DNA of 64,000 nt from Octopus sinensis (taxonomy: Eukaryota): NCBI RefSeq assembly GCF_006345805.1, contig NC_042998.1, positions 203,360,001 through 203,424,000 on the forward strand. The letters run 5' to 3'. Of the stretch, positions 49,800-63,600 are shown in pieces (position 1 is the first letter of the stretch; each line of letters opens with the position of its first letter). The position numbers and the translations under genes are program-made. A model generated the notes under the pieces. It did no database searches and was not told the origin of the DNA. It saw nothing but the letters and a program-made list of their open reading frames with translations.

Positions 49800-51390
49800 C
49801 TGAGGGCTACATACCAGATCTATGGCCGGTGCAGGCTAAGGGTGACGCCTCGTTGGAACAGTGAGGTAGATAGAGATAGAAAAGCGTAAGAGTAGGCCTG
49901 GTAAAACTGGGGAAATGGTTGTAGCAGAGAACTATATCAGGTCGCCAGAAAGGAAGCCAGGTAACAGGGTTACACGGCAGAAAGTGGGAGATTTGCCAGT
50001 GTTTTATAGCGTGAAGATCAGAGGTGTGACGTGTCTCATAAAATAGAGAGTCGAGATGTTGTGGGCGAGAAGTGTGTACAGATGGATAACGACACACTTA
50101 CACTGAATGATCCTGGGAAAAAAAGGCGCGGAAGTGCTTCTATGAAAGGTTACTAAACGTGGAGAATGCATGGGAAAAAGAGGGTCTGCTGAATATGAAC
50201 CCAAGAAAGGGACTAGCTATCCAAGTTGACAGCAGTATGATAGATAAAACAACGAAGGATAAGAAGACAGGGAAATCCGTTGGTCTATCATGAATCATTG
50301 CTGAGAAGCTTGAAATATCAGGCTGAGTAAAATAGGACACGATTGCCCATATAATTAATTGGGTTGAACAGGAAGGGGTCATACCTAATAACTGGTATGT
50401 CAGCATTATAGTCAACGGTTATAAGAGTAAATAAGGTGCCTTTGATAGAATTTATTGCAGTGGTATCAAACCTAAGAAAGTTAAAATAGGAACAGGATTA
50501 GACTAGACGAGATGCAGTTCGGTTTTGCGCCAGGGATGGATACTACGATGCCTTCTTCCCAGTAAGAGAACTGCAGGTAAAATATCTAGCTAAAAGTAAA
50601 CTATATTGGCATTTGTTGACCGGGAGAAAGCCTTCCACAGAATTCCTCCTTCTGTGATCCGATTGTCTCTAAGGAAGCAAAGAGTTGATGAATGCCTTGT
50701 GAAAATCACACAAGCCATGCACGGGGATGCAATCAGTGGGGTGAGAGTCAGCCACGTATATAACATCGAATTCAGAGTACGAGTGGAAGTTTACAAGAAC
50801 TAGGTATTGAGTTCCCTCTTGCTCGTCATAAACCTCCATTCTTAACAGAAATGTAAGACCTGCTACCCTCGTTCTTAATAGCGGAATGTGTAGAAGGCAA
50901 AGGGCCTTAAAGTTAAAATAGCATAGACCGACTTCGTAGTAAGCATGAAAACAGACATGACTCACTTCTAGTCAGATTAATGGTCCTGTTTGATATGTAA
51001 GAAGGGATCAGGAAGGAATTCCATGCGGTGTATCCAGTACGAGCAATGAGCACACGTGAAATACAGCGGATTCACAGGAAGTTAAAAAGAGAAAGTAGTG
51101 TGGGAGAGGCGCAAGAGCAATAAACACAAAAGACACACGGGAAATAGATTTTCTCAAATGGCCAGGAGACTCTCTGGAGATCGTAGATAGTTTCTGCTAT
51201 CAAGGTGCCATAATTAGCAGCGAAGGAGGGTGTTCTGGATGTATAGCTGCTGCAATAGAAACAGGTGGGAGAAAGTTCAGGGAGCTATGACCTTTGTTGG
51301 TAATAAAAGGCTTCTGTTCCCGAAGTAAAAGCAGATTGTATGATGTTTGTGTACGAACAGCAACGCTACATCTAAGCCAACCAGGACAGA
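49800..51390 (+). mobile_element. Degenerate RTE LINE copy
   Basis: AFVDREKAFHRIP...VDECLVKITQAMHGDAISGVRV and ELxPLLVIKG...RLYDVCVRTA fragments. Shares 5' sequence with the 32.1 kb and 43.7 kb copies. Confidence 0.8.
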
Positions 51391-51399
51391 TGCAGCGCA

Positions 51400-52200
51400 A
51401 GGTTCACCCAATTCGATACAGTCGATTTTTATCTGTCTATATCGAAAGGGTTAAGGCACTTATTATGTTCGCTAGAAATTTCACTGATATTAGCGATGGG
51501 GACATAGAATTAATTATGCACTCTTGGAAAACGCTGCTGTTCAATAAAAGTTCTACCTGGATCAAACAATTTGACCGGTGGGCTCCTTCGATGTGGCGAT
51601 CGGAGCCTACGACAGGCGAACATCTGCGACCTTATAGGATTGTATATAGTGGACGCCTTAAAGAATAGATTCCCGTCAGTTCTCTTTGGTTTCTACAGAG
51701 ATTGCCTTTTAGTCAGCTCCACAGGAGCTAATGGACATACCCGAGATAAGCTTAGGAAGAACCTAATTAGCACCCTTGGTTCCACTGGACTCAAGATTAC
51801 AATTGAGAACAACCTTACCACTGTCAAATGTTTAGATGGGGCACCTGTTCATACAAACCCTACAGCAAACCAAACGAAAGTCTGTCGTACATTAACACAG
51901 GGTTTAAGGGCCGCATCTCCTATATGCCAGATCCTGGCACAGGCAAAAAGAAACGTCACCGTAAAGTCGTTTGGTTTGCTCCGCCTTTTTTTCACTCAGT
52001 GTCGAGACTTGAGTGGGAAGGATATTCCTTAGAATAGTGGACAAACACTCCACACGTCACACAGATTCGGACGTTTGTTTCATAGACACAACTCCAGAGT
52101 CTCTTTCAGTTGCGCGTCCAGCTTTAAGAAAATATTAGTGAGCAGCCCCAAGATACAACGAGAGGCAGGATGTTTATGTAGGGTATACAATGACTGCCCA
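51400..52200 (+). mobile_element. Penelope-like element RT fragment (degenerate)
   Basis: Frameshifted FDVAIGAYD / ANICDLIGLYI / FGFYRD, YKPYSKPNESLSYIN and RHRKVVWFAPPF match PLE RT motifs (FDVTMGSYDGAE..ELVGL, GLYRDD, RNIIWFNPPF). Confidence 0.82.
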
Positions 52201-53192
52201 ATGGAGGGAGGGTAGACACTACGCCAAGGGGGTAGAGTATAAGGCTGAGGGGGTGACCGGATCTGGCAACCACAGCGGCAGCGTTAGTAACAGTGGCACT
52301 AATGGCACCAAGGGAACATCCGCCGATGACAGCAACAACGGTGACTAATGGCAGCGGTAGTGGCGGCAGCAAAGCGCCAACAGCAACAATGCAGCGAGCA
52401 ATGGCAGCTACACCACGGGCAACAGCAACACTAGGATATGTCTAGAAATAACAACAAAGGTAACGACACCAGTAACAACACCTGCAGCAGCAGCAGCATC
52501 CGTCCAAGAATTTGGACCTGGAGATTTCCATTTCCAGCGACTTCGAGGGCCACCTCCCAGTGGTGTCAGGCGTCAACGAAGAGCCCTCGACTACAAGATG
52601 ACCAAATTTTTTTTTCCCCCAAGGTCTGGGGTCACTCGCCCCTAAGCCCTAGACCATCAACTAATCACCCTTACCCGTCTTAACAACAACAAGCAGCAGC
52701 AGCAGCAACAGCGGCGACAGCAGCACCCCAAGTGCAAGAGCACAAAGACAGGAATATGTCGGTTCCACAGCTGAGCAACCACAGGTTGTCCTTTCAGATA
52801 CCGGAAAAGCCCAACATCAGGTTCCTGGCCAAATACGGATGGCGTTTAAAAGAGGAAGGCATGCCATCCATTAATGGAGCTTTATAGGTGCGAAACCAAC
52901 GGCCACCCTCTGACCGGCCATAACAAACAACCTTCTAAATATATCGCAGCTCTAACGTTTTAGAGTGTGTTTCTTTTCGGATTTGCCAACTGGTAGAATC
53001 GTTAGCACGATGGGCAAAGCGCTTGGAGCATTTCGTCTGTCCTTACGTTTGGAGTTCAAATTTCGCCGAGGTAGACTTTACCTGTCATCCTTTCGGGGTC
53101 GATAAAATAAGAACCAGGTGAGTACTGGGGATCGATGTAATCGATTTTCTCCCCTCCCCCAAAGTTACTGGCCTTGTGCCAAAATCTGAAAC

Positions 53193-53246
<54 letters not shown>

Positions 53247-55712
53247 TGCTTTACTTCCCAGAGTGCTCGGCCTTGTTTGTTCTGGTAGATTCTCTGAGAG
53301 CAGACAGCAGCCTTCTATCAGAGGTCTCACGGGATCTCTTTCCGCACATTTTAAGCTTTGATACTAGGTTGTTAATTATCATGGAAGACATTCAACATCC
53401 AAGTACCAATCTCAAAATCCTAGCTGTCCCCAGCAGAGCAGTTTTTGGGGGCTTGCCCTGCTCTCATGTCAATTCCGATTTTTCTGACATATTTCTCGAA
53501 CTTGGTTGTTAGTGCTCCGAGTGAGCCTTACAACTACTGGACCGACAATCACTCTCTTCATACTCCACATTCTTGCGATTTCCTCTATTAGTTGTCTTTA
53601 TTTTTCAATCTTTTCTAATTCTTTGTCACATATGCATGCATCTCCAGGTATTGCAGAATCTATAATTTTGGTTTCCTTTTCTCTTTAGCTACCACAACTA
53701 TATCTGGTCTTCGATCGTTGATTACTATTATTATTGAACGAGAGTAGTGCATGCCATCAAAGTGACATTGGGGTAAAATATACGAAGCCCAGTATACCCA
53801 TCATGACTACCCGTCTGATAAGGGTACACCAGGCACATGCATCACAACCATATGTGCGCGACATGGTGATCTCATATCAAGATAAACAGCGCATGACCTT
53901 GCAGGTGGGGCCCAGTTAGAATTTTCTTCTGGTCGAGTAACTCATCCCGCTCAAAAGGTCCCTGAATATGGATTGTTTAAGGACGTTGAACGAAACACCC
54001 ATGTTTCCAAACCCCAAAGAATCCCTCTCAACACATGGCTATGATGCTCCCCCACTACTTCTGCTCGTGATCAGAGATGCACATATCGTCAGCCACTAAG
54101 GGACATGCTCAACTGGTTACGGTCAAACAACTGACAAGCAAATCTGTGGTGTTGAGCAGAATATTTGCTGTAGTCCATCTTTTATACCAAGACAAAACAA
54201 TGTACATGATAACACTTCCAATCAGTTAAGATCAGAAGACACGAGAGCCAATGCCTGGTGTTACATCAGGGCATTTATTGTTGTTGTTGTTGTTGTTGTT
54301 GTTGTTACTCCGCAGTCAGTCGTTGCGACTATGACTGCCCACGGCTTTGACATGACTTGATAAGCTTTCTTACTGTGTCAAAAACCCTTTATGAAGTCTA
54401 TGAACACTGCATACATTGGTATGTTCAGCTCGAGTCCTGGGTAAAACGCTTTCATGTTGTTTATTCTTGCAGAGTATTGTAGTTCTTCAGTTTTGCCCCC
54501 CCTCCTCCTCCACACCGATCTGATATCAGTTTCCTAGTTTATTCTTTTCTACTCTAGGCACACGGCTAGAAATTTGTCGGGAGGGTAGCCAATCAATGAG
54601 ATCGACCCTAGTACGCAACTGGTACTTTATTTATCAAGCCCGAAAGAATGAAAGGCGAAGTCGGCCTCGGCGGAATTTGAACTCAGAATGTAAAAACAGA
54701 CGAAATACCTATTTCTTTACTACCCACAAGGGGCTAAACACAGAAAGGACAAACAAGGACAGAGAAAGGGATTAAGTCGATTATACTGACCCCAGTGCGT
54801 AACTGGTACTTATTTATTCGACCCCGAAAGGATGAAAGGCAAAGTCGACCTCGGCGGAACTTGAACTCAGAACGTAACGGCAGACGAAATACGGCTACGC
54901 ATTTCGCCCGACGTGCTAACCTTTCTGCCAGCTACTCGCCGCCTTAGTCTCTTAGTATATTGTTGCGGCTTCCTTCTTATTTCCACCAGTCTTCCTCTGT
55001 TTGACTTTGTGTTGCAATTTAGCTGCCTTGCCTTTGCGGTCTCTCTTCCCTTTAGCAGTGTACCAGTTATGCATTGGGGTCGATACAATCGACTTACTCC
55101 CCCACCCCAAACTACTGGTCTTCAGCCAAAATTTGAAGCCATTACATATGTACTCAAATCAAAACTGATAAATCCAATAATGAAAAAGCAATGTTTCAGA
55201 AATTAGTCCAAAAATATTTCTACGATCTTTCGGTTTTGGCTGCGAAGATTTTCAGGAGAATGGACAAAGCGTACTCATTGCCCTTCCACAAGACATTTTA
55301 GTGGATACAGCGCACCCCTTGCACACTCTGTTCCCGAGTCAATGGTGTCCTCTAACCCCTTACAAATATATTTATCACATTTTCAAATAAAAGGACTTCT
55401 TTGGAGAATTTAGGAATCGATGATCCAGTGAATAGTACCGGTTTGTTTGTTCACCTAAGACCCTTCAAGGTGGTACTCCTGCACGGCTGCAGTATAATGT
55501 TAAAAACAAATAAGCGATAAAAAGATTCGAACGAAGGTCAATCAGTTATAAAGTCAGCAACAAGCGACGCTAATTAATCAGAGGGTTTAACCAAAAAGCT
55601 GGAAAGCCATGGGGACAAAATGAAACAAAATTTTTGCCTCCCTTCAAGGGAGGCCACTCTCAAATAACTTCATATGTTCATGGGAAACAATTCATATGAT
55701 ATGACTATCATT

Positions 55713-55768
<56 letters not shown>

Positions 55769-56432
55769 CACATATGTTCGTTTTCATGTTCGGTTATACT
55801 AAAAAGCATTTTACATTCATCCATACTTTTGTAGAGTTGTTAAACAAGAATATTAATGACAGTGACTTCGAAACTTCAGCCACTTAAGCCGAAACTTCGA
55901 AGTCACTGTTTAAAAATTATGAAGAGTGTGTGTGTGTGTGTGTGTGTGTTGTGTGTGTGTGTGTGTGTGTGTATGTGTGTGTGTGTGTGTTGTGTGTGTG
56001 TATCATTATTGCTCAGACTATCAGATGTGGTCTAACACCGCTGGTCACAATGCATTTCCTCACTTTTTTGTGGCTTTCAAATGGTTGTTCCCCACCGCCC
56101 GCTGCCTTGATGGACAGACCAATATTCCTACTGAACGGAAAGGTCAGTCCGTCACGGGGACGATGTAACGTGAAACGAGGTGTTCTGCAAGAACACAACG
56201 CACCGCCTGTCTGAGTATCGAAACCACGACCTAGCGATCGTACGTACAAAAATAATCCCCCACCTAACCACTAAGCTACGAACCCTTACCATAGGCTTAT
56301 ACACGCGCGAGAGCACACACACACACACACACATGTATATATAGAAAGGGGGAGATCGAGAAATACATCGATAGATAGATGTGTACGTGCGTGTGCGGGT
56401 GTGTACGCTTGTATTCATGTAGCATACGCTAG

Positions 56433-56529
56433 TGATGATGATGCTGCTGCTGATGATGATGATGCTGCTGCTGCTGATGATGATGATGATGAAGATGATG
56501 ATGATGAAGATGATGATGACGACGACAAC

Positions 56530-56560
<31 letters not shown>

Positions 56561-56620
56561 GTGTTGATGATGGTGATGATGATGATGATGATGATGGTGT
56601 TGATGATGATGATGATGGTG

Positions 56621-56651
<31 letters not shown>

Positions 56652-56704
56652 TGTTGATGATGATGATGATGATGATGATGGTGTTGATGATGATGATGAT
56701 GGTG

Positions 56705-56735
<31 letters not shown>

Positions 56736-56837
56736 TGTTGATGATGATGATGATGATGATGATGGTGTTGATGATGATGATGATGGTGTTGATGATGATG
56801 ATGATGATGATGATGTGTGATGATGATGATGTGGTGT

Positions 56838-56869
<32 letters not shown>

Positions 56870-56975
56870 GTGTTGATGATGATGATGATGATGATGATGG
56901 TGTTGATGATGATGATGATGGTGTTGATGATGATGATGATGATGATGATGGTGTTGATGATGATGATGATGGTGT

Positions 56976-57007
<32 letters not shown>

Positions 57008-57032
57008 GTGTTGATGATGATGATGATGGTGT

Positions 57033-57071
<39 letters not shown>

Positions 57072-57080
57072 CGACGACGA
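56433..57080. repeat. ~650-bp (GAT)n array punctuated by GGTGTT
   Basis: Direct reading. It is the source of the poly-I, poly-M and poly-D ORFs. Confidence 0.97.
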
Positions 57081-57149
57081 TGGTGGTAGTGGATGTGGTG
57101 CTGGTTGTGGTGGTTGTAATGGTGATGATGACGATGATAATGAGAAGGA

Positions 57150-57780
57150 TAAAAGAGGGATAGGAAGAAAACGAAGAGAAAGAAGAGGAGGAAGAAGGAA
57201 AGCGAAAGTAGGGAGAAGGGAGGAAAAAGGAGGAGGGGGAAAGAGGGAGGAGGGAGAAAGAAGGAGGGGGAGAATGAAGGAGGGGAGGAAAATGAAGAAG
57301 GAAGATGAGGTAGGAGAAGGTAGGATGAGGATGAGATAGGAGATAGAAGGAGAAAGTAGGGAGGAGGGAGAAAGAAGGAGATGGAGAATGAAAGAGGGGA
57401 GAATAAGGAGGGGAGGAGAATGAAGAAGGAAGATGAGGTAGGAGGAGGTGGAATGAGGATGAGGATGAGGTAGGAGGTAGGAGGGGCATATAGGGAGGAG
57501 GGAGAAAGAAGGGAAAAGTGGGGAAAAGAGCGAAGGAGGAAAAAGGAGGTGGTGAATGAAGGGGGAAGACTAAGGAGGAGGAGAATGAGGGAGGGGGAGG
57601 AGGTAGGAAGAGGAGGTAGGAGGAGGATATAGGAGGACGAGGTAGGAGGTAGGAAGTAGGAGGAAGGGAGAATGATAGAAGGAGGGATGGAAATTGAGGG
57701 AAGATGGAGAAGAGCAGAGAATACGGGTGGAGGAGAATGCTGGAAGAGGAGGAGGAGGAGGTAGGAGGTTGAGGGGAGGA
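57150..57780. repeat. Polypurine (GGA/GAA-rich) low-complexity tract
   Basis: Plus strand is mostly G and A, with an internal ~115-bp duplication (~57245 and ~57360). Confidence 0.9.
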
Positions 57781-58873
57781 AGAAACCTTTCTACATTGAC
57801 TTCGAAATCCCAGTTCTCGACCAAAAACTCTTAAAACTGGTTCCAGTCGTTTGGAATCTCCTACGGAAAGACACTTCCTCTTCTTCCTCGTCTTGACCAG
57901 CCAAGTCTTAAAAAGGTTTCCTTTGTTTCATGATAAACCCTGTGACTTTGCTGATTCCATATAGACAACAGGTATGACACACTGGAATGAAAACTGCCAG
58001 GGCGTCGAACAAAAACACTTTGTGATATTTGTTCAGTCTGAGTTATGCGCACAATCCCTTGTCACCCACACCATCGGAAATTTCAGTGATCCACGACGCT
58101 ATTGTTCACAAAATATATGATACGAAATGAATTTCAAATAAACTAACCCTAAAACCACACCCTTCTCTGTTTAAAAAGAAAAGAACGGGCCCACTGGAGG
58201 CCGTACACCTACATGTTATCAACTGTGGCCATGCTGGAGCACCACCATCGAAAAGTTTAGTGAAATAAATCGACTCCAGTACTTATTCCATCGGTTCTTT
58301 TGTCGAACCGCTTAGTTACTTGTAAGTAAACAAACCCACACCGGTTGCCAAATGGCGGCGGAGCACAAACACAGACACGCACACACACACACATAACGGG
58401 CTTCCACAAAGCCTTTTTTTCGATCCGGAGCTACAATAAAAGAGACTTGAGCTCAAGGTGCAGCGCATTGGAACCGAACCCAAGAGCACATGGTTTTGGA
58501 AAAACACTTCTTAGCCACACAGATACGCCTGCGCCTGCATGCAAAAAGACTAGACGATCATGGCAGGAACGTCTTTGATTATCGTCCCACGCAATTAAGA
58601 CCGACTCGGGACAAAACAACAACAAACGTAATGAAATACGTCACTCATTAACGTCTCCTTCGTCTTCCAGATGGCTTTTTAATTAGATATAAATATAGGC
58701 CGCCCAGCAACCACAGCATGTGTTTGTGACTGAACAGTTTTAGTATTGTCTGCTTTTTCTATCACAAACACTCGCACTCGACGTCACTCGACTTTTGATA
58801 TAAGAATAGTTCTGTTAAAACAAACGGTTTATTTTCACTGGCGTTTTTTAATATCGCAACCTACACATTAAAA

Positions 58874-59273
58874 ACTAGCAGTATCGCCCGGCGTTGCTCG
58901 GGTTTGTAAGGGAAATAACTATATAGGCATTTTTAGAGAGTTATAGCCAAAAAATAGCAAAATAAAGCATTAAAAATGGAAAAAAAATGATGCTAAATTT
59001 TTTTTTAATCGTTGACTCATCCTAGAGATTTTTAGAGAGTTACTTCCCTTATATAATAGCGAAAAAATGCATTAAAATGGAAAAAAATTATGGTAATTTT
59101 TTTTTAAAATCGCAGACTCATCGTAGACGCGCGCTAATACCCAGAAGGGCTCGATATGAATCACGACTATAAGATACCCGGTTTTGGTTAAACTGCACTG
59201 CAAAATGTGGGAGTAGTTAGGAATCTAAATCGTAGAGACAGACAGCACACAACCTCACTTTTATATATAAAGA
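58874..59273 (+). mobile_element. Same Helitron-like family, with an internal ~105-bp tandem duplication
   Basis: Termini shared with 13802-14190. ATTTTTAGAGAGTTA...GCATTAAAA..GG units occur twice. Confidence 0.65.
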
Positions 59274-59351
59274 AGAAAGATATTTGACGTCGCTGCACTT
59301 TGACGTGACGGTGTCAGAGGCAACGAATATTTGCCGCCACAACCGCCGCCG

Positions 59352-59383
<32 letters not shown>

Positions 59384-60699
59384 ACAAAACTATGTTACGA
59401 AATTTGTCGCAACAATTAGTTTTTGCTTTTGTTTTTGCTGCACGCTTATTCTTTTACTTGTTTCGGCCATTTCACTGCGGCCGGCCATGCTGGAGCACCG
59501 CCTTTTAGTCAAACGAATCGATCCCCAGGACTTATTCTTCGTAGGCCTAGGACTTATTCTAACGGTCCATTTTGCCGAACCGCTAAGTTACGGGGACATA
59601 AACACACCAACACCGATTGTCAAGCGTTGGTGGGGGGGGGGGGACAAACAAACACACACACGCACACAAACACACACAAACACACGGCGGTGGTGGTGGT
59701 GGCGGCGGCGGTGGTAGTGGTGGTGGTATAAAAATTAATAATAGAGGAAGAGTGAGGAAGCTTTAAAGGTTGAAAACTTTTGGCAATTTTACCTAATTGG
59801 TAATCGCAATTGCCCTGATTATTTTCATAAACAAAAAGTATTTACAATGATGTCCACGAGGCGCGGCTAAACACGTAATTTGCTCTGGGGTGTCACGCCA
59901 CCCGTCACTCCACCATCCGCCATTTTCTGTTGCTGGATTTTCCTTTTCTTGGTATTTTAATTTTTTTTCATATATTTAATGTTTTGTTTTTCCTTTTTCC
60001 TGTAAAAATATGTTATTTATAAAAACTAAAAGAGTGAAAACCAAACTTAAAAAGAAATTATTCCTAAAAGCAGAACAGATATTAAAACTTTCCAGAATAA
60101 TTTTCTTTAAAAAAAAAATAGTGAAAGAAAACAAAACATTACGAAACCTTTAATGATGAACGAATTTAATGAAAGAAAATGGGAAAGTGGTGAAGAGTAA
60201 AAAAAAAAGAAATTATGAAAGGAAATAAATCAACGAAGGGAAAAACGTGAGAAAAAATTAAATTAAATTTACGAAAGACAAAAACTTGAGCCTTCTCGCA
60301 CATAAACACATTCATTCACATATATACAAACATAGTGGTTAGGGCAGCGGACTCGCGGTCGCAGGATCGCGGTTTCGATTCCCAGACCGGGCGTTGTGTG
60401 TGTTTATTGAGCGAAAACACCTAAAAGCTCCACGAGGCTCCGGCAGGGGGTGGTGATCGCTGCTGTACCCTTTCACCACTCTTTCTCCCACTCTTTCTTC
60501 TGTTGGCCTGCTCGCTTAGCCAGCGGGGTGGCGTCATTCGAAGGCTAAAACAATGCGAACGCATTGTGACCAGCGATGTGTAACAACATCTGATGGTCTT
60601 GTTGGTCACGTGATCACGTGATATACAAACATACGCAAATATTGAAGTACTAAATGGCACAACAAATAATATTTAACCATGTGGAGCATTTTACATGCA

Positions 60700-63600
60700 T
60701 ATCAATATTCTAAAGTTGGACCTACTATCCCTTATCCTAAAGCTACTTACAGATAACGAAGAAAAGTTCCTGACTCATTACTACGTCTACTTTCAATCTT
60801 TGATTGTGATTCGGCTCAACCCACACTTTCTCAGATTTTGTCTGCTGTTATCTACACCTACAAAGATTGCAGCTGTTTTTATTCCTGCTTTTAACAATCC
60901 TACAACCCCTGGCAGCTATAGAAGATTGTTTTTGTCAACCATATATCATCAATCTATATTGTTTTTGTCAACCGTCCAAGCCTGGCTCAGCTACCTACAA
61001 ATCGAAACTGAGATCTGCGAAAAGGGATCGTTCTGCTGATTCTATTTTGGAAAATTCAGTTAATAAGGCGATCAGTGATATCAAACTTTCACATGAAGAC
61101 CCTGAAAACAAGATTTCTTATCAAGAAGATGGTCTTACTAACAGACATCTCAACGAGCAGTTGCCATTGCTTAAACAAGAGGTCGAGCACCTCAAGTCTG
61201 TTGTTGCTGAATTACAGAATAAACAAACTGAATCCCATTCGAAGTCTCCTATTGACGCAGAGCCACCCTTGATTTCTTCCCTAAAGACTTCCAAACTGAA
61301 GAGATCAAAATCGAAGCGGTCAAAGAAGGCGAAAGAAGCGGCGGTCGTTTCCACTCATGATCGTATCTGTGTGGATTCTTCCTCATCTGCCATTTCGGTC
61401 CCGGAGGTTCCCAAACCTGAATTGAGGAGCGTAGACTCAAACCCACCTGAAGACCGTTGTTCTCCCAAAAAGAAGAAACGTAGTCAAAACTCCAGAGGGG
61501 AAGATTTAGCTGCGAAACCTGCTCAAGATAAAATCTGTTTGGATTCTCCCTCATTTGTCCTTCCCATCAATGCCATTGCTCAACCAATTCTGAATGATCT
61601 TGATGTGAGTTCATCTGGGGGGGGGGGTGCTCCTTCAAAACGAAGAAGAGGCAGTGCAGTTCCAAACCAGGCGGGAAAGTTATGACCACTAAACCCATTC
61701 CGATCGACCCCAACGGCCTACATTAGTCTGATGGCTACGAAACCGCCCTTTCTAAATTATCCGATGAAGAATCGAATGCTGTAGTTCACAGTAGAGAACA
61801 GAACGACCATTTTGCCCACTCAAGATCAGCAATCATTTATGGTAAAACTGAATCCACCGGTGATACAGGCATAAACCGCCTAAAAGATGACATAAATTTT
61901 GTTTCCGTTTTAGTTGGAGAATTGTTCTCTGTCAATGAAAATGTCAATATCCATAAGGTCGCTCGGCTAGGAAGATTCCAAGCGAACTCAACCTCAGACA
62001 TTAGACCACGCCCAATAAGAGTAATCTTTTCTTCCGATCAGGAGGCTTCAAACTTTCTGAACAGAGTTAGGAAGCATGCCTGGGAGGACCCCAATATGGG
62101 TTTTCGCGAGGAATACTCACTGAGAGAGAAAATTCGTCGGAGAAACCTGATATCCGAGCTGAAGATGAGAAAACAGATGAGAGAGAAGGGTTTACGCATC
62201 CAAGATGGACAAATAATTAAGTCCTACCTCTGGTCGCATGCTGTAGTGCTGACAGGGAAAGTGAATCGAGGGCAAATCGAAGTAAAGTAGATACCCACGT
62301 CAACGATGCCATCTCTGATACCCGTTATTCTGCTTGTTTCCCAACTCCCGCCCCTCAAACTTCACAGCTCAGCATCGTCTATACCAACTCGTGCTCCTTA
62401 TTTCCAAAGTTCAGCGAATTATTTACACTGGCCATGCGTGACTCCCCAGATGTGATAGCTATCACCGTGACTTGGCTGACTCCAGCAGTAAAAGACTCGG
62501 AAACCAACCTAAAGGGCTACGCCCTCTTCAGATGTGACAGAGAAAAAAGGCGAGGTGGAGGTGTTGCTGTGTGTTAAATCTGATCTCAAACCGTCCAGCG
62601 GTATTCTATCCACTAATGCTCAACCTACAACAAAATTCGATGCTGTCTATTGCAAGCTGAGACTATCCGGGTTTTGCCTACCCGTGTTAGCTGTCTATAG
62701 GCCGCCTCTTGCCGACCCCCAGGACGATGCTCATTTACTCGAAGCGATAAGATTCGTTTCATCTTCTCATGAATGTTTGATATTAGGAGACTTCAACGCT
62801 CCCACGAACGACTGGCCCGCATCAATTTGTTTATCATCTTCCCGGTTCGGCCAGACCTTTCTTGACGTAGCTGAAGATTGTTTTCTATCGCAACATTTTG
62901 AATCTCCAACAAGGCATCGGTCTGGGCAGTAGTCATCTATGCTGGATCTGGTATTCTCCAAGATCAGTGTCAGGCTTATCTGTGTGCGCCCCTCTTGCCA
63001 AGAGTGATCACGCGGTCCTGAAGTTCGACATGCACACACCTTTTTCTACGCCCACGACTACTTCGCTGCCACGTAGAGTCTTCTCTACAATCAATCTTGA
63101 AATTGTGACCGAGGCTTCTGCGCTTCTGGACTGGCGATGCCTGATGACGATGTCCTCAGTTGACGCACTATGGTCGTCCCTCAAAGCATATGTAATCTGG
63201 TTGACTGACCAAGAAGTTCACGTTGGGCTTCCCAAGAAGAAGAAACACAAGCCCTGGGTGACGAAGAAGGTTAAATGAGAACTTCGACTCAGAGATATTG
63301 CTTGGGCTGAATTCAAAAATCAAGATTCGACTGCAGCTTTTGAGGTGTACAAAACTCAACGAGACCGAGCCGTGAAAATTAAGAAGGAAGAACGCTTCAG
63401 ATATGAATACAGAATCGCGGCAAACGCCAGTCGCAATCCCAAAACCTTCTTTGCCCATGTCTAACGGAATTCCCGCTTGAACAACCAAATTGCAACGTTG
63501 GTAGACTCAACAGGCGTATCAATTGAGGACCCTTATCAGCAGAGTCAGTTATTTGCCGAGGCTTTTTCGACAATTTTCAAACAAGATGATGGTCGTGAAC

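Noticed and set aside
56152-57489. 445-aa ORF and the overlapping poly-D and poly-M ORFs
   Set aside because: They are translations of the (GAT)n array and the purine tract, with no splice or homology support.
60867-61685. 272-aa ORF with a signal-peptide-like start
   Set aside because: It starts at TTG and is the broken 5' part of the LINE ORF1, not a secreted host protein.
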